From an uncultured bacterium (lineage in GTDB: Bacteria; Fidelibacterota; Marinisomatia; Marinisomatales; AB-629-J13): DNA of 51,957 nucleotides. The stretch lies in assembly GCA_964496365.1 (NCBI GenBank), contig CAZBZK010000005.1, positions 1 through 51,957 of the forward strand. The letters are read 5' to 3'. Both the position numbers and the translations under genes were made by a program. This document shows, piece after piece, positions 1 through 10,600 of the stretch (position 1 is its first letter; each line of letters opens with the position of its first letter). The notes beneath the pieces were generated by a model, which did not search any database, was not told the DNA's origin, and was given only the letters and a program-made list of their open reading frames with translations.

Positions 1-1
1 T

Positions 2-1153
2 CGAATCATAGTAGGGAGGAATTTCATAACCCGCATAGGCATGGGAGTCCACCCGTACACCTTTGCCACCGGGCATGTGGAAGCTGGTTATTTTTTTAGG
101 AGAAGGTGTGAAATTATTTTTAGGATCCTCGGCATTGATTCTGCATTCGATGGAATGCCCTCTCAAGTGAAATTGTTTAAAAGATTCAGGGCATTTCTCA
201 CCAGAATGCATTTTGATTTGTTGTTTGATTAAATCAATTCCCGTAACCATTTCAGTAACTGGATGTTCAACTTGAATACGAGTGTTCATTTCCATAAAAT
301 AAAAATCGAGGTTTTTATCCACCAGAAATTCGACGGTTCCTACTCCCACATAATTTACAATTTGACCGGCTTTAACCGCAGCTTCCCCTAATTTATTTCT
401 TAAATTTTCATCCACAATGGGAGATGGAGATTCCTCTACAAGTTTTTGATGTCGTCGTTGAATTGAACATTCTCGCTCTCCAAGGTGAATGACATTACCA
501 AATGAATCCGCTAAAATCTGGACTTCAATATGCCGAGGATTTTCAATATATTTTTCTAAATAAAGATCATCATTCCCAAATGCAGATTCGGATTCAGCTT
601 TAGCAGTGCGATAGGCCAAGCTCAATTCTTCTTTTTCTCTTACAATTCTCATTCCTCGACCACCACCTCCTGCAGACGCCTTGAGGATTACAGGGAATCC
701 CATTTTTTCCGCCAGCGTTTCACCTTCAAGTATTGATGAGATGATACCATCACTCCCGGGTATTACAGGTACTTTAGCATTCACCATCGTCGTTTTTGCC
801 ATAGATTTATTACCCATCGAATTAATGATAGTTGGTTCAGGTCCAATAAATGCAAATCCATTGTCTTTGCAAATTTGTGAAAAATCTGCATTTTCTGCAA
901 GAAATCCATATCCGGGATGAATCGCATCAGCATTGGTGATTTCTCCGGCAGCTAAAATACGAGGGATATTCAAATAACTTTCATTGCTGGGACCCGGGCC
1001 AATACATACAGCTTCTCCGGCAAACTTTACATGAAGAGAATACTGATCGGCTTTAGAATAAACCGCTACTGTTTTTACTCCCATTTCATGACAAGCACGT
1101 ATAATTCGAAGTGCGATTTCACCTCGATTTGCAATCAGAATTTTTTTAAACAA
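2..1153 (-). CDS. accC: Acetyl-CoA carboxylase biotin carboxylase subunit (3' end runs off the window)
   Basis: Not in the ORF track. Read manually from TTG at 1153: [21 protein letters not shown]..., [40 protein letters not shown], ending ...[15 protein letters not shown] at the window edge. Directly follows accB. Confidence 0.96.
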   Translation of the reverse strand, partial: MFKKILIANRGEIALRIIRACHEMGVKTVAVYSKADQYSLHVKFAGEAVCIGPGPSNESYLNIPRILAAGEITNADAIHPGYGFLAENADFSQICKDNGFAFIGPEPTIINSMGNKSMAKTTMVNAKVPVIPGSDGIISSILEGETLAEKMGFPVILKASAGGGGRGMRIVREKEELSLAYRTAKAESESAFGNDDLYLEKYIENPRHIEVQILADSFGNVIHLGERECSIQRRHQKLVEESPSPIVDENLRNKLGEAAVKAGQIVNYVGVGTVEFLVDKNLDFYFMEMNTRIQVEHPVTEMVTGIDLIKQQIKMHSGEKCPESFKQFHLRGHSIECRINAEDPKNNFTPSPKKITSFHMPGGKGVRVDSHAYAGYEIPPYYDS

Positions 1154-1159
1154 AAAATT

Positions 1160-1627
1160 TTACTCGGGATTTAATACAAATAGAGGTTGATCATACTCCA
1201 CTGGGGTACCATTTTTTACCAATACTTTTTGAATTGTCCCTTTGTGTTCGGATTCAATTTCATTCATGATTTTCATTGCTTCAATTATACACAACGTATC
1301 ACCGTTTATTATTTGATCTCCTTCCTTGACAAATGGGTCTGCCTCGGGAGAAGACGATCTGTAAAAGGTTCCGGGCATTGGAGACGTGATTATTTCCCCT
1401 TCCATTTCTTTTTTGTCATCTTGGATAGCCGTTTCGGCTTCACCCGTTTGATTTGGTTTCGGAATTGGAGTACTGGATGTTGCCTGGGACGCATCTATGT
1501 AACCCATAGATGGTGCAGAAACAGATTTTACCACTCGATAGGTTTTTCCCCATGCACGAACTTCAATTTCGTTCACATCGCTATGTTCTAAAATGTAAAT
1601 GATTTCTTTTAATTTATCTTGCCACAT
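1160..1627 (-). CDS. accB: Biotin carboxyl carrier protein
   Basis: SPMPGTFYR and EAMKIMNEI biotinylation motif; adjacent to accC. Confidence 0.97.
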   Translation of the reverse strand: MWQDKLKEIIYILEHSDVNEIEVRAWGKTYRVVKSVSAPSMGYIDASQATSSTPIPKPNQTGEAETAIQDDKKEMEGEIITSPMPGTFYRSSSPEADPFVKEGDQIINGDTLCIIEAMKIMNEIESEHKGTIQKVLVKNGTPVEYDQPLFVLNPE

Positions 1628-1639
1628 AATATTTTTCTC

Positions 1640-2206
1640 TCAAGATTGTTTTGAACGTTCGATATAATCACCCGTTCGTGTGTCAATTTTTAAGGCATCG
1701 CCCTCATTAACAAATAAAGGAACGTTCAGTGTATATCCCGTTTCAAGAGTGGCTGGCTTAGTCGCTCCTGTTGCGGTATTCCCCTTGAAACCCGGTTCTG
1801 TTTCCTTTACAATTAAAATGACATGAGCGGGGAGTCTAATATCCAGCACTTCTTCTCCATCAAATAATAAATCCACTTCCATACCTGAATTTAAAAAATG
1901 GTTATTGTTTCCTAGTAAATTCAAATTTACTTGAATTTGGTCGTAGGTCTGATTGTCCATAAAAAACGCTGAAGCATCGTCCAAATATAAATATTGCATA
2001 GATTTAGCTTCTACTTTTATATATTCAATTTTAGCACCGGCGTTAAACGTTTCATCTATAATTTTTCCAGATTGTAATTCCTTCAACTTTGTACGGACAA
2101 ATGCACCTCCTTTCCCGGGTTTTACGTGTTGAAATTCAACCACTTTCCAACGTTTATTTTTAAAGTTGATTACGACTCCATTTCGAATATCTGCAGTTGT
2201 TGCCAT
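1640..2206 (-). CDS. efp: Elongation factor P
   Basis: HVKPGKGGAFVRTKLK loop and KPATLETG...VPLFV...IDTRTGDYIER C-terminus. Confidence 0.98.
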   Translation of the reverse strand: MATTADIRNGVVINFKNKRWKVVEFQHVKPGKGGAFVRTKLKELQSGKIIDETFNAGAKIEYIKVEAKSMQYLYLDDASAFFMDNQTYDQIQVNLNLLGNNNHFLNSGMEVDLLFDGEEVLDIRLPAHVILIVKETEPGFKGNTATGATKPATLETGYTLNVPLFVNEGDALKIDTRTGDYIERSKQS

Positions 2207-2273
2207 TTATTTCCCTTAATTTAATGACCAAAATTTACGTTGGTAAATTCACCAATTCAAAATGTCTAAGCAT

Positions 2274-3191
2274 TTAAACCAATTCCCAAGTTTTTCTAGC
2301 CCAGTCCAAAAAGTCATGACTCCATTTTAGGTCTTCCTCCCTCTGTGTTTTGGAAGTCTCTTGTTTGGCAAATTTAATTTCATCTGCTCGAAACAACAAT
2401 GTTATCCATTGCCTAAATTTAGATTTATCCATGGGAATTTTTGATTCATTGGATTGGATTTCATGAGTTGTCATTTCAAGAGATTTAATAAAAATACTAT
2501 GTTCCACAAATTCTCTAAGCGTATGGGAAAGTGTAACATAAAACAATTTGTCATGGGACTTATTATCCAGAGTTTCCAATCGTTCCTTAGCTTTGTTGAA
2601 TGGTGATTGGTTATTCTCAAATTGTGCAGGTGCGAATGAATGAGATATCTCTCTGCGACTCCAAATAAACAACATGGTGATTATTGAAAGCAAAAAAAAG
2701 CTTATTTGTATAATGGTTAACCATGGAATAGATTTGTTGATTGGAACCGGCTCCTTAATGGGTTTTAATGTTGATTGAACTCCTCCTGAAAACGTTGATA
2801 GGACAGTCATGGTTAGAGGACTGGTTTCTAAACTAAAATCTCGAGTGGTATCTTCTGGATGACTTATGAAAACTATATAAGGAGGAATCTCAAAAGAGCC
2901 TGTATCCCAAAAAACAATTTCGTGTTGAATTTTATGTTTCTGAGGAAATTCTGTTGTGTTTCGTACCTCAACAGAGTTATTTAGTTTCAATTCAGAAAAA
3001 GTCAATATTTGATGTGAGAGTCCCTTGACTTCCACAGAAAACTTAACCACATCTCCTATGGTTGCCATGGTAGTATCCAGAGTAGCGTCAATACTTATGG
3101 ACTCATTTTTTTCTGAGGAAGAATTACACCCATGATACCCCGCAATCCCCATCAAGAATAAAAACAAAAAAAAACCGTTTTTTTTATTCAC
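2274..3191 (-). CDS. Membrane-anchored protein of MoxR/Bat-type operons (BatD-like N-terminal region plus one TM helix)
   Basis: Signal-like N-terminus, TMATIGDVVKFSVEV...FWDTGSFEIPP, LKPIKEPV before a TM helix, LEMTT and ADEIKFAK motifs; directly downstream of DUF58. Confidence 0.65.
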   Translation of the reverse strand: MNKKNGFFLFLFLMGIAGYHGCNSSSEKNESISIDATLDTTMATIGDVVKFSVEVKGLSHQILTFSELKLNNSVEVRNTTEFPQKHKIQHEIVFWDTGSFEIPPYIVFISHPEDTTRDFSLETSPLTMTVLSTFSGGVQSTLKPIKEPVPINKSIPWLTIIQISFFLLSIITMLFIWSRREISHSFAPAQFENNQSPFNKAKERLETLDNKSHDKLFYVTLSHTLREFVEHSIFIKSLEMTTHEIQSNESKIPMDKSKFRQWITLLFRADEIKFAKQETSKTQREEDLKWSHDFLDWARKTWELV

Positions 3192-4090
3192 TAAACTCGT
3201 TTTTCACGTTTTTGAAAAAAAGACATCAGCGGTTCAACATAATCATCACCAGTAGAAATAGGAATGAGATCGAATTTTATTTTTTTGCACGTAGATTCCA
3301 ACTCAGCCGTTCGGTTTTCAAATGCTGTACGATAATCCAAGCGATCTATGTCTCTGCTTGTATTAATCCAGAATTCTTGATCAGTTTCAGGATCCTTTAC
3401 TTTGATGAGCCCTATATCCGGAACATTTGATTCGGTTGGGTCAAATAGACGAATACCGATAATATCATGTTTTTTATTTACCATTTTTAGGGATTTCCAA
3501 TATCCCGAATCCAAAAAATCTGAAAGGACAAATGCAACACTTCTCCTTTTGGCAACTTTAAGCAGAAAATCTAATGCTGAATGGATAGATGTCCCCTTAT
3601 TTTTTGGTTGATAATATAGCAGTTCTCGAATGACTCTTAAGACATGAGATTTCCCCTTTTTGGGAGGTATATATTTTTCCACTTCATCGCTGAATAGAAT
3701 GACCCCTACTTTATCATTATTGTTGATGGCTGAAAAACCCAAAACTGCGGCAATTTCAGTACCCATTTCCATTTTCATTTTATTACGGGTTCCGAAATGA
3801 CCTGACCCACTTACATCTACAATCAGATAAACAGTTAATTCTCTTTCTTCTTCAAATATTTTAACAAATGGTTTTCCAACTCTTGCAGATACGTTCCAAT
3901 CAATCAACCGAATATCATCACCGGGTTGATACTCACGGACTTCAGAAAACATCATTCCTCTTCCCTTAAATACGGAATGATATTCACCACCGAAAAAATC
4001 ATTGACAAGGCTTTTAGTCTTGATCTCAATTCGACGAACTTTTGAAATGATTTCTTTAGGAAGCACTTTAAAAGGAAAAGTGGGATTCAA
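3191..4090 (-). CDS. DUF58 (vWA-related) protein
   Basis: GEYHSVFKGRGMMFSEVREYQPGDDIRLIDWNVSAR and DVSGS motif; follows moxR. Confidence 0.92.
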   Translation of the reverse strand: MNPTFPFKVLPKEIISKVRRIEIKTKSLVNDFFGGEYHSVFKGRGMMFSEVREYQPGDDIRLIDWNVSARVGKPFVKIFEEERELTVYLIVDVSGSGHFGTRNKMKMEMGTEIAAVLGFSAINNNDKVGVILFSDEVEKYIPPKKGKSHVLRVIRELLYYQPKNKGTSIHSALDFLLKVAKRRSVAFVLSDFLDSGYWKSLKMVNKKHDIIGIRLFDPTESNVPDIGLIKVKDPETDQEFWINTSRDIDRLDYRTAFENRTAELESTCKKIKFDLIPISTGDDYVEPLMSFFQKREKRV

Positions 4091-4102
4091 AAACCCCTAA
4101 AA

Positions 4103-5098
4103 TCAGGGAATTTCTATGGTATCGTAAAGACGTTTAATTATATCTTCAGATGTCATTTCTTCAGCCTCAGCCTCATAAGATAAAATGACTCTATGTCGTA
4201 ACACGTCCATTCCAATATACCGAACATCCTCCGGTGTTACATATCCACGATGCTCAAGAAATGCCCTCGCCTTAGCCGCTAATGTAAGATTAATGCTTGC
4301 TCGGGGAGATCCTCCATATTCAATTAAACCATCTAAATCATTTAAGTTGTATTTTTTTGGTTCACGAGTGGCAAATACAAGATTTATAATATATTCTTCG
4401 ATTTTTTCATCTACATATATTTCATTTACAACTGTTTGGGCATTTAATATTTGATCAGGAGAAATGATTGGACGAATGTTTTGTTCCATTTTAGTATGAG
4501 CACTTTGACGCAATATAGATCGTTCTTCCTCTTTGGTTGGATAACTCACTTTCAATTTGAACATAAAACGATCTACTTGAGCTTCCGGTAATGGATACGT
4601 TCCTTCCTGTTCAATGGGATTTTGTGTTGCTAGTACCAAAAATGGAGGATTTAATAAAAACGTATCTTCACCGATAGTAATTTGTCTCTCTTGCATCGCT
4701 TCTAACAAGGCACTCTGGACTTTTGAAGGTGCCCGATTGATTTCATCCGCCAAAATGATATTGGCAAAGATGGGTCCTTTTCGGGTTTCAAATTCACCGG
4801 TTTTTTGATTATAAATTAAAGTTCCCAATAGATCAGCTGGCAGCATATCCGGAGTAAACTGAAGTCTCTGAAATTTTGTATCTATGATTTGAGCAAGAGA
4901 TTTCACCGTAAGTGTTTTTGCTAAACCGGGTACACCTTCTAATAGTATATGGCCGTTGGCAAGCAAACTTATAATTATTTTGTTAATTAACTCTATCTGT
5001 CCAATAATGACCTTGGAAAGCGATCTTTTTAAATCATCAACAAATGCTGATTCTCTTGAAATTTTTTCATTCACCTCCGATAGGCTGAATTCTTTCAT
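4103..5098 (-). CDS. moxR: MoxR-family AAA+ ATPase
   Basis: LLEGVPGLAKT, RLQFTPDMLPAD, ILADEINRA, ATQNPIEQEGTYPLPEAQVDRF, GSPRASI. Confidence 0.95.
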   Translation of the reverse strand: MKEFSLSEVNEKISRESAFVDDLKRSLSKVIIGQIELINKIIISLLANGHILLEGVPGLAKTLTVKSLAQIIDTKFQRLQFTPDMLPADLLGTLIYNQKTGEFETRKGPIFANIILADEINRAPSKVQSALLEAMQERQITIGEDTFLLNPPFLVLATQNPIEQEGTYPLPEAQVDRFMFKLKVSYPTKEEERSILRQSAHTKMEQNIRPIISPDQILNAQTVVNEIYVDEKIEEYIINLVFATREPKKYNLNDLDGLIEYGGSPRASINLTLAAKARAFLEHRGYVTPEDVRYIGMDVLRHRVILSYEAEAEEMTSEDIIKRLYDTIEIP

Positions 5099-5109
5099 GG
5101 TTTCCCTAT

Positions 5110-5748
5110 TTATGAGGAGATGTGCTTTAGTGTAGGAATTTCATTTATATCTTTCCCTAACCAATTTATTTCGAACTCAACGGATGGTGCAAGTTCATGC
5201 TCAGGATATTTGTCAAGGAATTTTTTATATTCCATTAGAGCGGTCGTGGAATCATTTTTTACGTTTGCAAAAATATATCCAACCATAAATTGGGCATGAG
5301 GTTCTTCTTTTGTTTCCGGAAATTCAATGACCACATTTTTATAATTGACAATAGCTTCATCAAAATCTTTCAAATCATTCATAAAAATATCTCCGATCAA
5401 ATATTGGGATTTTGGGGCGATATCCAAATTTCCATAATTATTTACAATATATTTTAAAGCATCTATGGAAGGGGTAAATTCTTTTTCATTCCTCAATGAT
5501 TCAGCTCGAGAATATACTTTTGAAGGAAAATGGTCGATATATTCCTGAGCTTCATTTTTTCGCTCCCAACTTTCATGATGGTTCACAATTTGGGTAAATC
5601 CTTTTAATGCTCTTTTAAAATTCCCCGAGGTGAATGATTCTTCAGCAGTTGTGAATACCTTTTCGGGTGTTTTTCCACATCCAGCCAAAAGCAAACAAAA
5701 GAAAATGTAAGTGATAAATTGTTTTATATTATTCATAATTCTATCCAA
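5110..5748 (-). CDS. TPR-repeat lipoprotein (BamD/CpoB-like); start may be the ATG at 5736
   Basis: Lipobox LLAGC; repeated helical units such as APKSQYLIGDIF, EPHAQFMVGYIF and FLDKYPEHELA. Confidence 0.7.
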   Translation of the reverse strand: MDRIMNNIKQFITYIFFCLLLAGCGKTPEKVFTTAEESFTSGNFKRALKGFTQIVNHHESWERKNEAQEYIDHFPSKVYSRAESLRNEKEFTPSIDALKYIVNNYGNLDIAPKSQYLIGDIFMNDLKDFDEAIVNYKNVVIEFPETKEEPHAQFMVGYIFANVKNDSTTALMEYKKFLDKYPEHELAPSVEFEINWLGKDINEIPTLKHISS

Positions 5749-5903
5749 AAAAACCGTGAAATTTATAAGAAGGAATCAGACCATCCTAAGTTTAATTATT
5801 CCTTCTATGATTCTAACAGCAATAAGTTTCCGTTTAACTAAATTAATGATGACAAAAAATATGTCTTTTGATGTTAAAATTAGAGGCATTCTTGTTTTGA
5901 AAT

Positions 5904-7688
5904 TTAAAAAATATAATTCGCTCCCATTTGCATTTTCCAACTATTATTTCCATCCAATGGTAAAGCAAAATCGAGACGAAACGGAGCCAATGGAGTTGCA
6001 ATTGTTACCCCAAATCCAGCATTCCACAAAAAATCTCTCAATTCTTGATTCGTCAAGGTATTGGTCAATATTCCTCCATCAATAAACAGTTCCCCTCCCA
6101 ATATCCAAAATAACGGGAAACGAATTTCCCAATTAGTCAATATTCTGAAGATACTACCTTTTGGATTCCCTTCTAAATCTGTCTGAAAACGAAGCATATC
6201 CCATCCTCTTAAACTGGAACTTCCCCCCAAATAAAATAAATCATATTGCGAATCAGTTAGATTTGATGTATCCCAACCAAATATTCTACCCATTTTAAAC
6301 CGTCCAGCAAACACATATTTTTCCATGAACATTTTATAATGATTATATCCAAAGTCTACTTTAATAAATGATTTAGAACCACCTAATATTCCACCTGAAA
6401 TATTCAATGAACCAGTAATTCTATATCCGGATGTAGGTATTATTAAATGATTTGTTTCATCAAAATGTCCTGTAAGTGTATAGGTACGCTGTTCTAATGC
6501 TTCTGACTCATAGAGTTTTTCCCATTTTAACTCAGATAGCAAATATGATTTTTCATCTAAATTATTTTGATTGATAATTCTGAATCCATATCGGGAAATT
6601 AGAGGATCTGAAAATCTCCCAAAAGGTTTAAATGTTTCATAAAATAGTCCGATTTGGGTAGGAACTCTTTTTTGTAAAAACCATTGATTACCCAAATCCA
6701 CATTAAAAGTAATTTTTGGATAAACAAATTCTTGTGTCGGAATAAAATACCCTGCAAGTTTTGTATTGAAGTTGGTCGTCGTTGAATTTAAACCTCTATT
6801 ACGCCAACCAAACTCTGCACCCGCACCGGGTAAGGGTTCGGCTCCTTCGTAGTACTCTATGGGATAATACCCTCCAATAGATTGCCATTCCCTGGGTTTG
6901 AATTGTTTAATATGAATAGCTAAATGAACCGTGGAATCACTACCAGTAATTGGTGTTGGCGAAATCTGAGCATAAGAAAATATTCCCGTTTCCAAAAGGC
7001 GTCTTTGGGATAAGTCAATTTCATCTTTATTATATTTGTTCCCTTTTTTTAGAATTAATTCCCGTTCGACTAAATAATTTTTTATTCCAGATGCACCTTC
7101 AATTGATAAGGATTCTACTATTATTTTCTTTCCTTCCTTTATTTCGACTAACACTTCGGCTGAATCTTCAATGGATTCATAGATATTGATTTGAGCGAAC
7201 AATTTTCCAAATCGTTCATATTCACTTTTTAATTTTGTCAGGTTTTTATTTAAACCAATTGGGTTATATGGAGTATTTTTTTTTAATCCCAATATTTCAA
7301 CTATGCGTGAATCAGAAATCGTGTTATTATGAACCACCTCGATATGTTTCAGATAAACACATTTTCCCTCATTTACCTTAAAATAAATATCTACAAATTC
7401 ATCGGATAAAGCTACAGAATCTTTGACGTTTGAATTTAAATATCCTTGAGACACAAAAAATGTTTTTAAGCTAATGGCATCAAATTTTACCAATCTTCTG
7501 TCAAAATATTGTTTTTTAAACAAACTAGATGGTTTGGTTCTGATTACAGACATTAGCTGTGAACTGTTTAATGAAATATTTCCTCCAAGATTAACGGAGT
7601 TCACCATTAGTTTTTTGTTCTTTTCTCCCCATAGCGAGGATACTAAAAGCACAACCACAAACAGAAATCTATTTTTTCTCATATTCAA
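5904..7688 (-). CDS. Omp85-family outer membrane protein (TamA/BamA-like, about 3 POTRA domains)
   Basis: Signal peptide, POTRA-like segments (SQGYLNSNV, LLETGIFSYA), FYLGGSSSLRGW (VRGF-type loop), TPLAPFRLDFA, C-terminal Phe; adjacent to tamB. Confidence 0.88.
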   Translation of the reverse strand: MNMRKNRFLFVVVLLVSSLWGEKNKKLMVNSVNLGGNISLNSSQLMSVIRTKPSSLFKKQYFDRRLVKFDAISLKTFFVSQGYLNSNVKDSVALSDEFVDIYFKVNEGKCVYLKHIEVVHNNTISDSRIVEILGLKKNTPYNPIGLNKNLTKLKSEYERFGKLFAQINIYESIEDSAEVLVEIKEGKKIIVESLSIEGASGIKNYLVERELILKKGNKYNKDEIDLSQRRLLETGIFSYAQISPTPITGSDSTVHLAIHIKQFKPREWQSIGGYYPIEYYEGAEPLPGAGAEFGWRNRGLNSTTTNFNTKLAGYFIPTQEFVYPKITFNVDLGNQWFLQKRVPTQIGLFYETFKPFGRFSDPLISRYGFRIINQNNLDEKSYLLSELKWEKLYESEALEQRTYTLTGHFDETNHLIIPTSGYRITGSLNISGGILGGSKSFIKVDFGYNHYKMFMEKYVFAGRFKMGRIFGWDTSNLTDSQYDLFYLGGSSSLRGWDMLRFQTDLEGNPKGSIFRILTNWEIRFPLFWILGGELFIDGGILTNTLTNQELRDFLWNAGFGVTIATPLAPFRLDFALPLDGNNSWKMQMGANYIF

Positions 7689-7691
7689 ATT

Positions 7692-10600
7692 TTAATAGGA
7701 ATACCGAAGTCGGTATTTGGCATGAACCTGACCATTTTCATCCACATTCCCAACCAAAGACAAATACCGATTTACCTTATATTCAATTCCCACCGAATGA
7801 TTGGGATTGGTCAGGGAAAATGACCTATGATATGCATATTTCAAAGAAACTTTTTTTGTCAATCCAGCTTTTATTGAAAATGATTCTGCATTTTTTGGGT
7901 TGAATAATCCTGTGGCTCCTTCAATTTGAACCTCCTCCAAAATATTTAAGCGGTCTAATCCACTTATTTCCATAATTTTTCGGTCAAATTGGGAGTCTAA
8001 CCATTTTTCAAGTTTTTCTGCTGCTTGATTTCCTAAACCCGTGTAAGAAATAGTTTGATCTTCAAATCGCTTTCCCCAAGTTAACAATTCAAGTATATCA
8101 CTTTGAGAAAACCCACTTTCACTACTTAACATTAAGGTAGGCTGATCCAAAGGACCGGTGAATGATACTTGAATTTCTTCATCTTCTATATCGGTTATTG
8201 CCATAATATTCAAAATGGGATTAAATCCTTTTTGAGTAAATGAAAGGAATCCTTCTGAAATGATAAATACTTCACTGTAATAATAAAATTTACCTTCGGT
8301 GAAGAAAAGTTCACCTGAATAATCAGCAGGGTTATTTCCCCATCTTGTATAGTGTAGTTGTCCATTCAATTTTGCATCAATCTGACTATTGATTAAAGAA
8401 ATGGATTCCTTGATTGGAAAATTAATATCATAATGAATCAATTTTTCTTCCTTTTTTGTAGATTGTTTCCCCTGTAAGGACGTAGTATTAAATTCTTTGA
8501 ATAATGTAAAGTCATTAATCCCTACAAGACCATTAATTGAAACTGTATCCCTACCTGATATGTTTAAATTCAGACTCACATTTCCTTCCATTTCATCGGT
8601 TAATGAATTAAAAGCAATATCGTCTCCGGTAATGTTTAAATTGTAATAAGGAATAAAAAACTGGTGTAAATCCAAATTTCCTCGAACAAAAATGTTAGGA
8701 TCTATTTTTTCTTTTGATTGTGATTTTATGCCTTTTAACTCGTCAAACTGAAGTATATTTTGGTTTAACATTCCGGTACCATCTATTTGAGTAATGGGAT
8801 TGTCCAGGGAAACAGAATAAATATTGCAATTTTCTAATTCGATTTTTCCGTCTCTCACCAAATTATCCCAATAACCAGAAATAGATAAATCAATTTCAAC
8901 ATTACCCCGGACCGAATCCGCCATTGATACATAGTTGGTAAGAAAGTCCATGTGTGAAAATTGACCAGATAAATTGACATCAAGTGGAGCGTGAAGTGAA
9001 CCTTTTCCACTTTGTTCAGATTGATAATCCAGGTCCAATGGTAAGCGTGCTGAACCCATTATATTCCCATTAGAAGTTTGGGAATTAAATTCTGAAACCC
9101 ACAAATTTTTGTCTTGATATTCTCCCCTACCAGTTAATTTACCTAAATATATTTTATCATAAAAACTTTCATCTATTTCAATGTCGAAATTATATTCAGG
9201 TGAATTCCCCCCGGAAATTTTAATTTCTCCAGAGGCGAAACCGGTTAAAGGAAAAGGATCAGGAATAAATTGGGTGAAAAATTCCATAGCGAGAAATGAA
9301 AAATGAGAATCAATATGAAGTAAATTTTCAGATGATTTTTTATTTAAAGGAAATTGCCCAAACAGGTTTAATCCGGTTCTATTTTTGTGGGTTAGGGTAA
9401 AATCTTCAATATGGATTAAATCTTCATTTGCTATTGCAGATAGGGTAAGGTCATCAAATTTTTGATTGTAAAACTGACCTCGTTTCACAGTGAGATCGAT
9501 AGTGGATGATTGTTTGTTTCCAGTCTGACTAAACCCAATTTCACCAAAAATTAACCCAGATAAATTCATTCGATTTTCCGGTACAAAATCATTAATAAAA
9601 GCACCATCTAAATTTGACATTTTCAAAGTTCCATCAATCGTAGAACCCAAGTGAACTACTCCCTCAATCATCCCGTCATTAACATGTACGATAAAAGGTT
9701 TAATGAATATCTCTTCATCTTTGTGTATTGCAATTAACGGTTGAGGAATTGCTACATAATGGGACTCATAACCCATTTGCAATTGTTCCATTGAGATTTT
9801 TCCAGACTTTTCCATTTTGCCGGAGCCTTGCAGAAAATTATCCCCAGAAGTAAATGAAATATCTTTAAACTGAATATCTCCATTATTGAAGGTAATATCA
9901 ATTTCTCCATCCCCTAATTCTACTTCTGACCATCTTCCATTTTTAAATGTCAATCGGATGTCTCCGTCACCATAAGCCATAACATCATGAATATGACCTT
10001 TCACTTCAGTTTGTGAACTAGTAAAAAGATAGCCTTTCAGATTTTCCACTAACAAATTCAATTCAAATTCGGGTTTTTCAGGTGTACCATTAATATCAAT
10101 ATGACCGGACATCACCCCATCAATGGCAAAATCTTCCTCACTAAAAGGTAGTGATCCTAATTGAACATCCTTCAAATTCATATTTACATATATCTGGTGT
10201 GAAATTAAATTCACCCTATTTTCAATTAAAACGATTTGATCGTTCAAAATTGCATTTAACGGTTCTGAAAATTCAAAAATTTCTCCATCATACAGACCTG
10301 ATAAAGATAGAGCCAACGTATCGTTCGGAAAAATTCCCTTTTCAATTACATCTGCAGAAAAAGTCCATTCTTTTACTTTGTTATCTTCCAGAAAACCTGA
10401 AAAATAAATATCTCCGTCCAAAATAATTTTAGTTGGATAATTCAACCACTCCGTTAATTTGAGTTGATTAATTTTGCACCATCCATTCATATTTCCCTGT
10501 GGATTTACCAAAAAATTGAAATGTAAAGAAGTAGAATCCTTGGTCATTTTTGCATTGGTAATAGAAATAGAATTACTGCGAAAATTCAATTCAAACTCCC

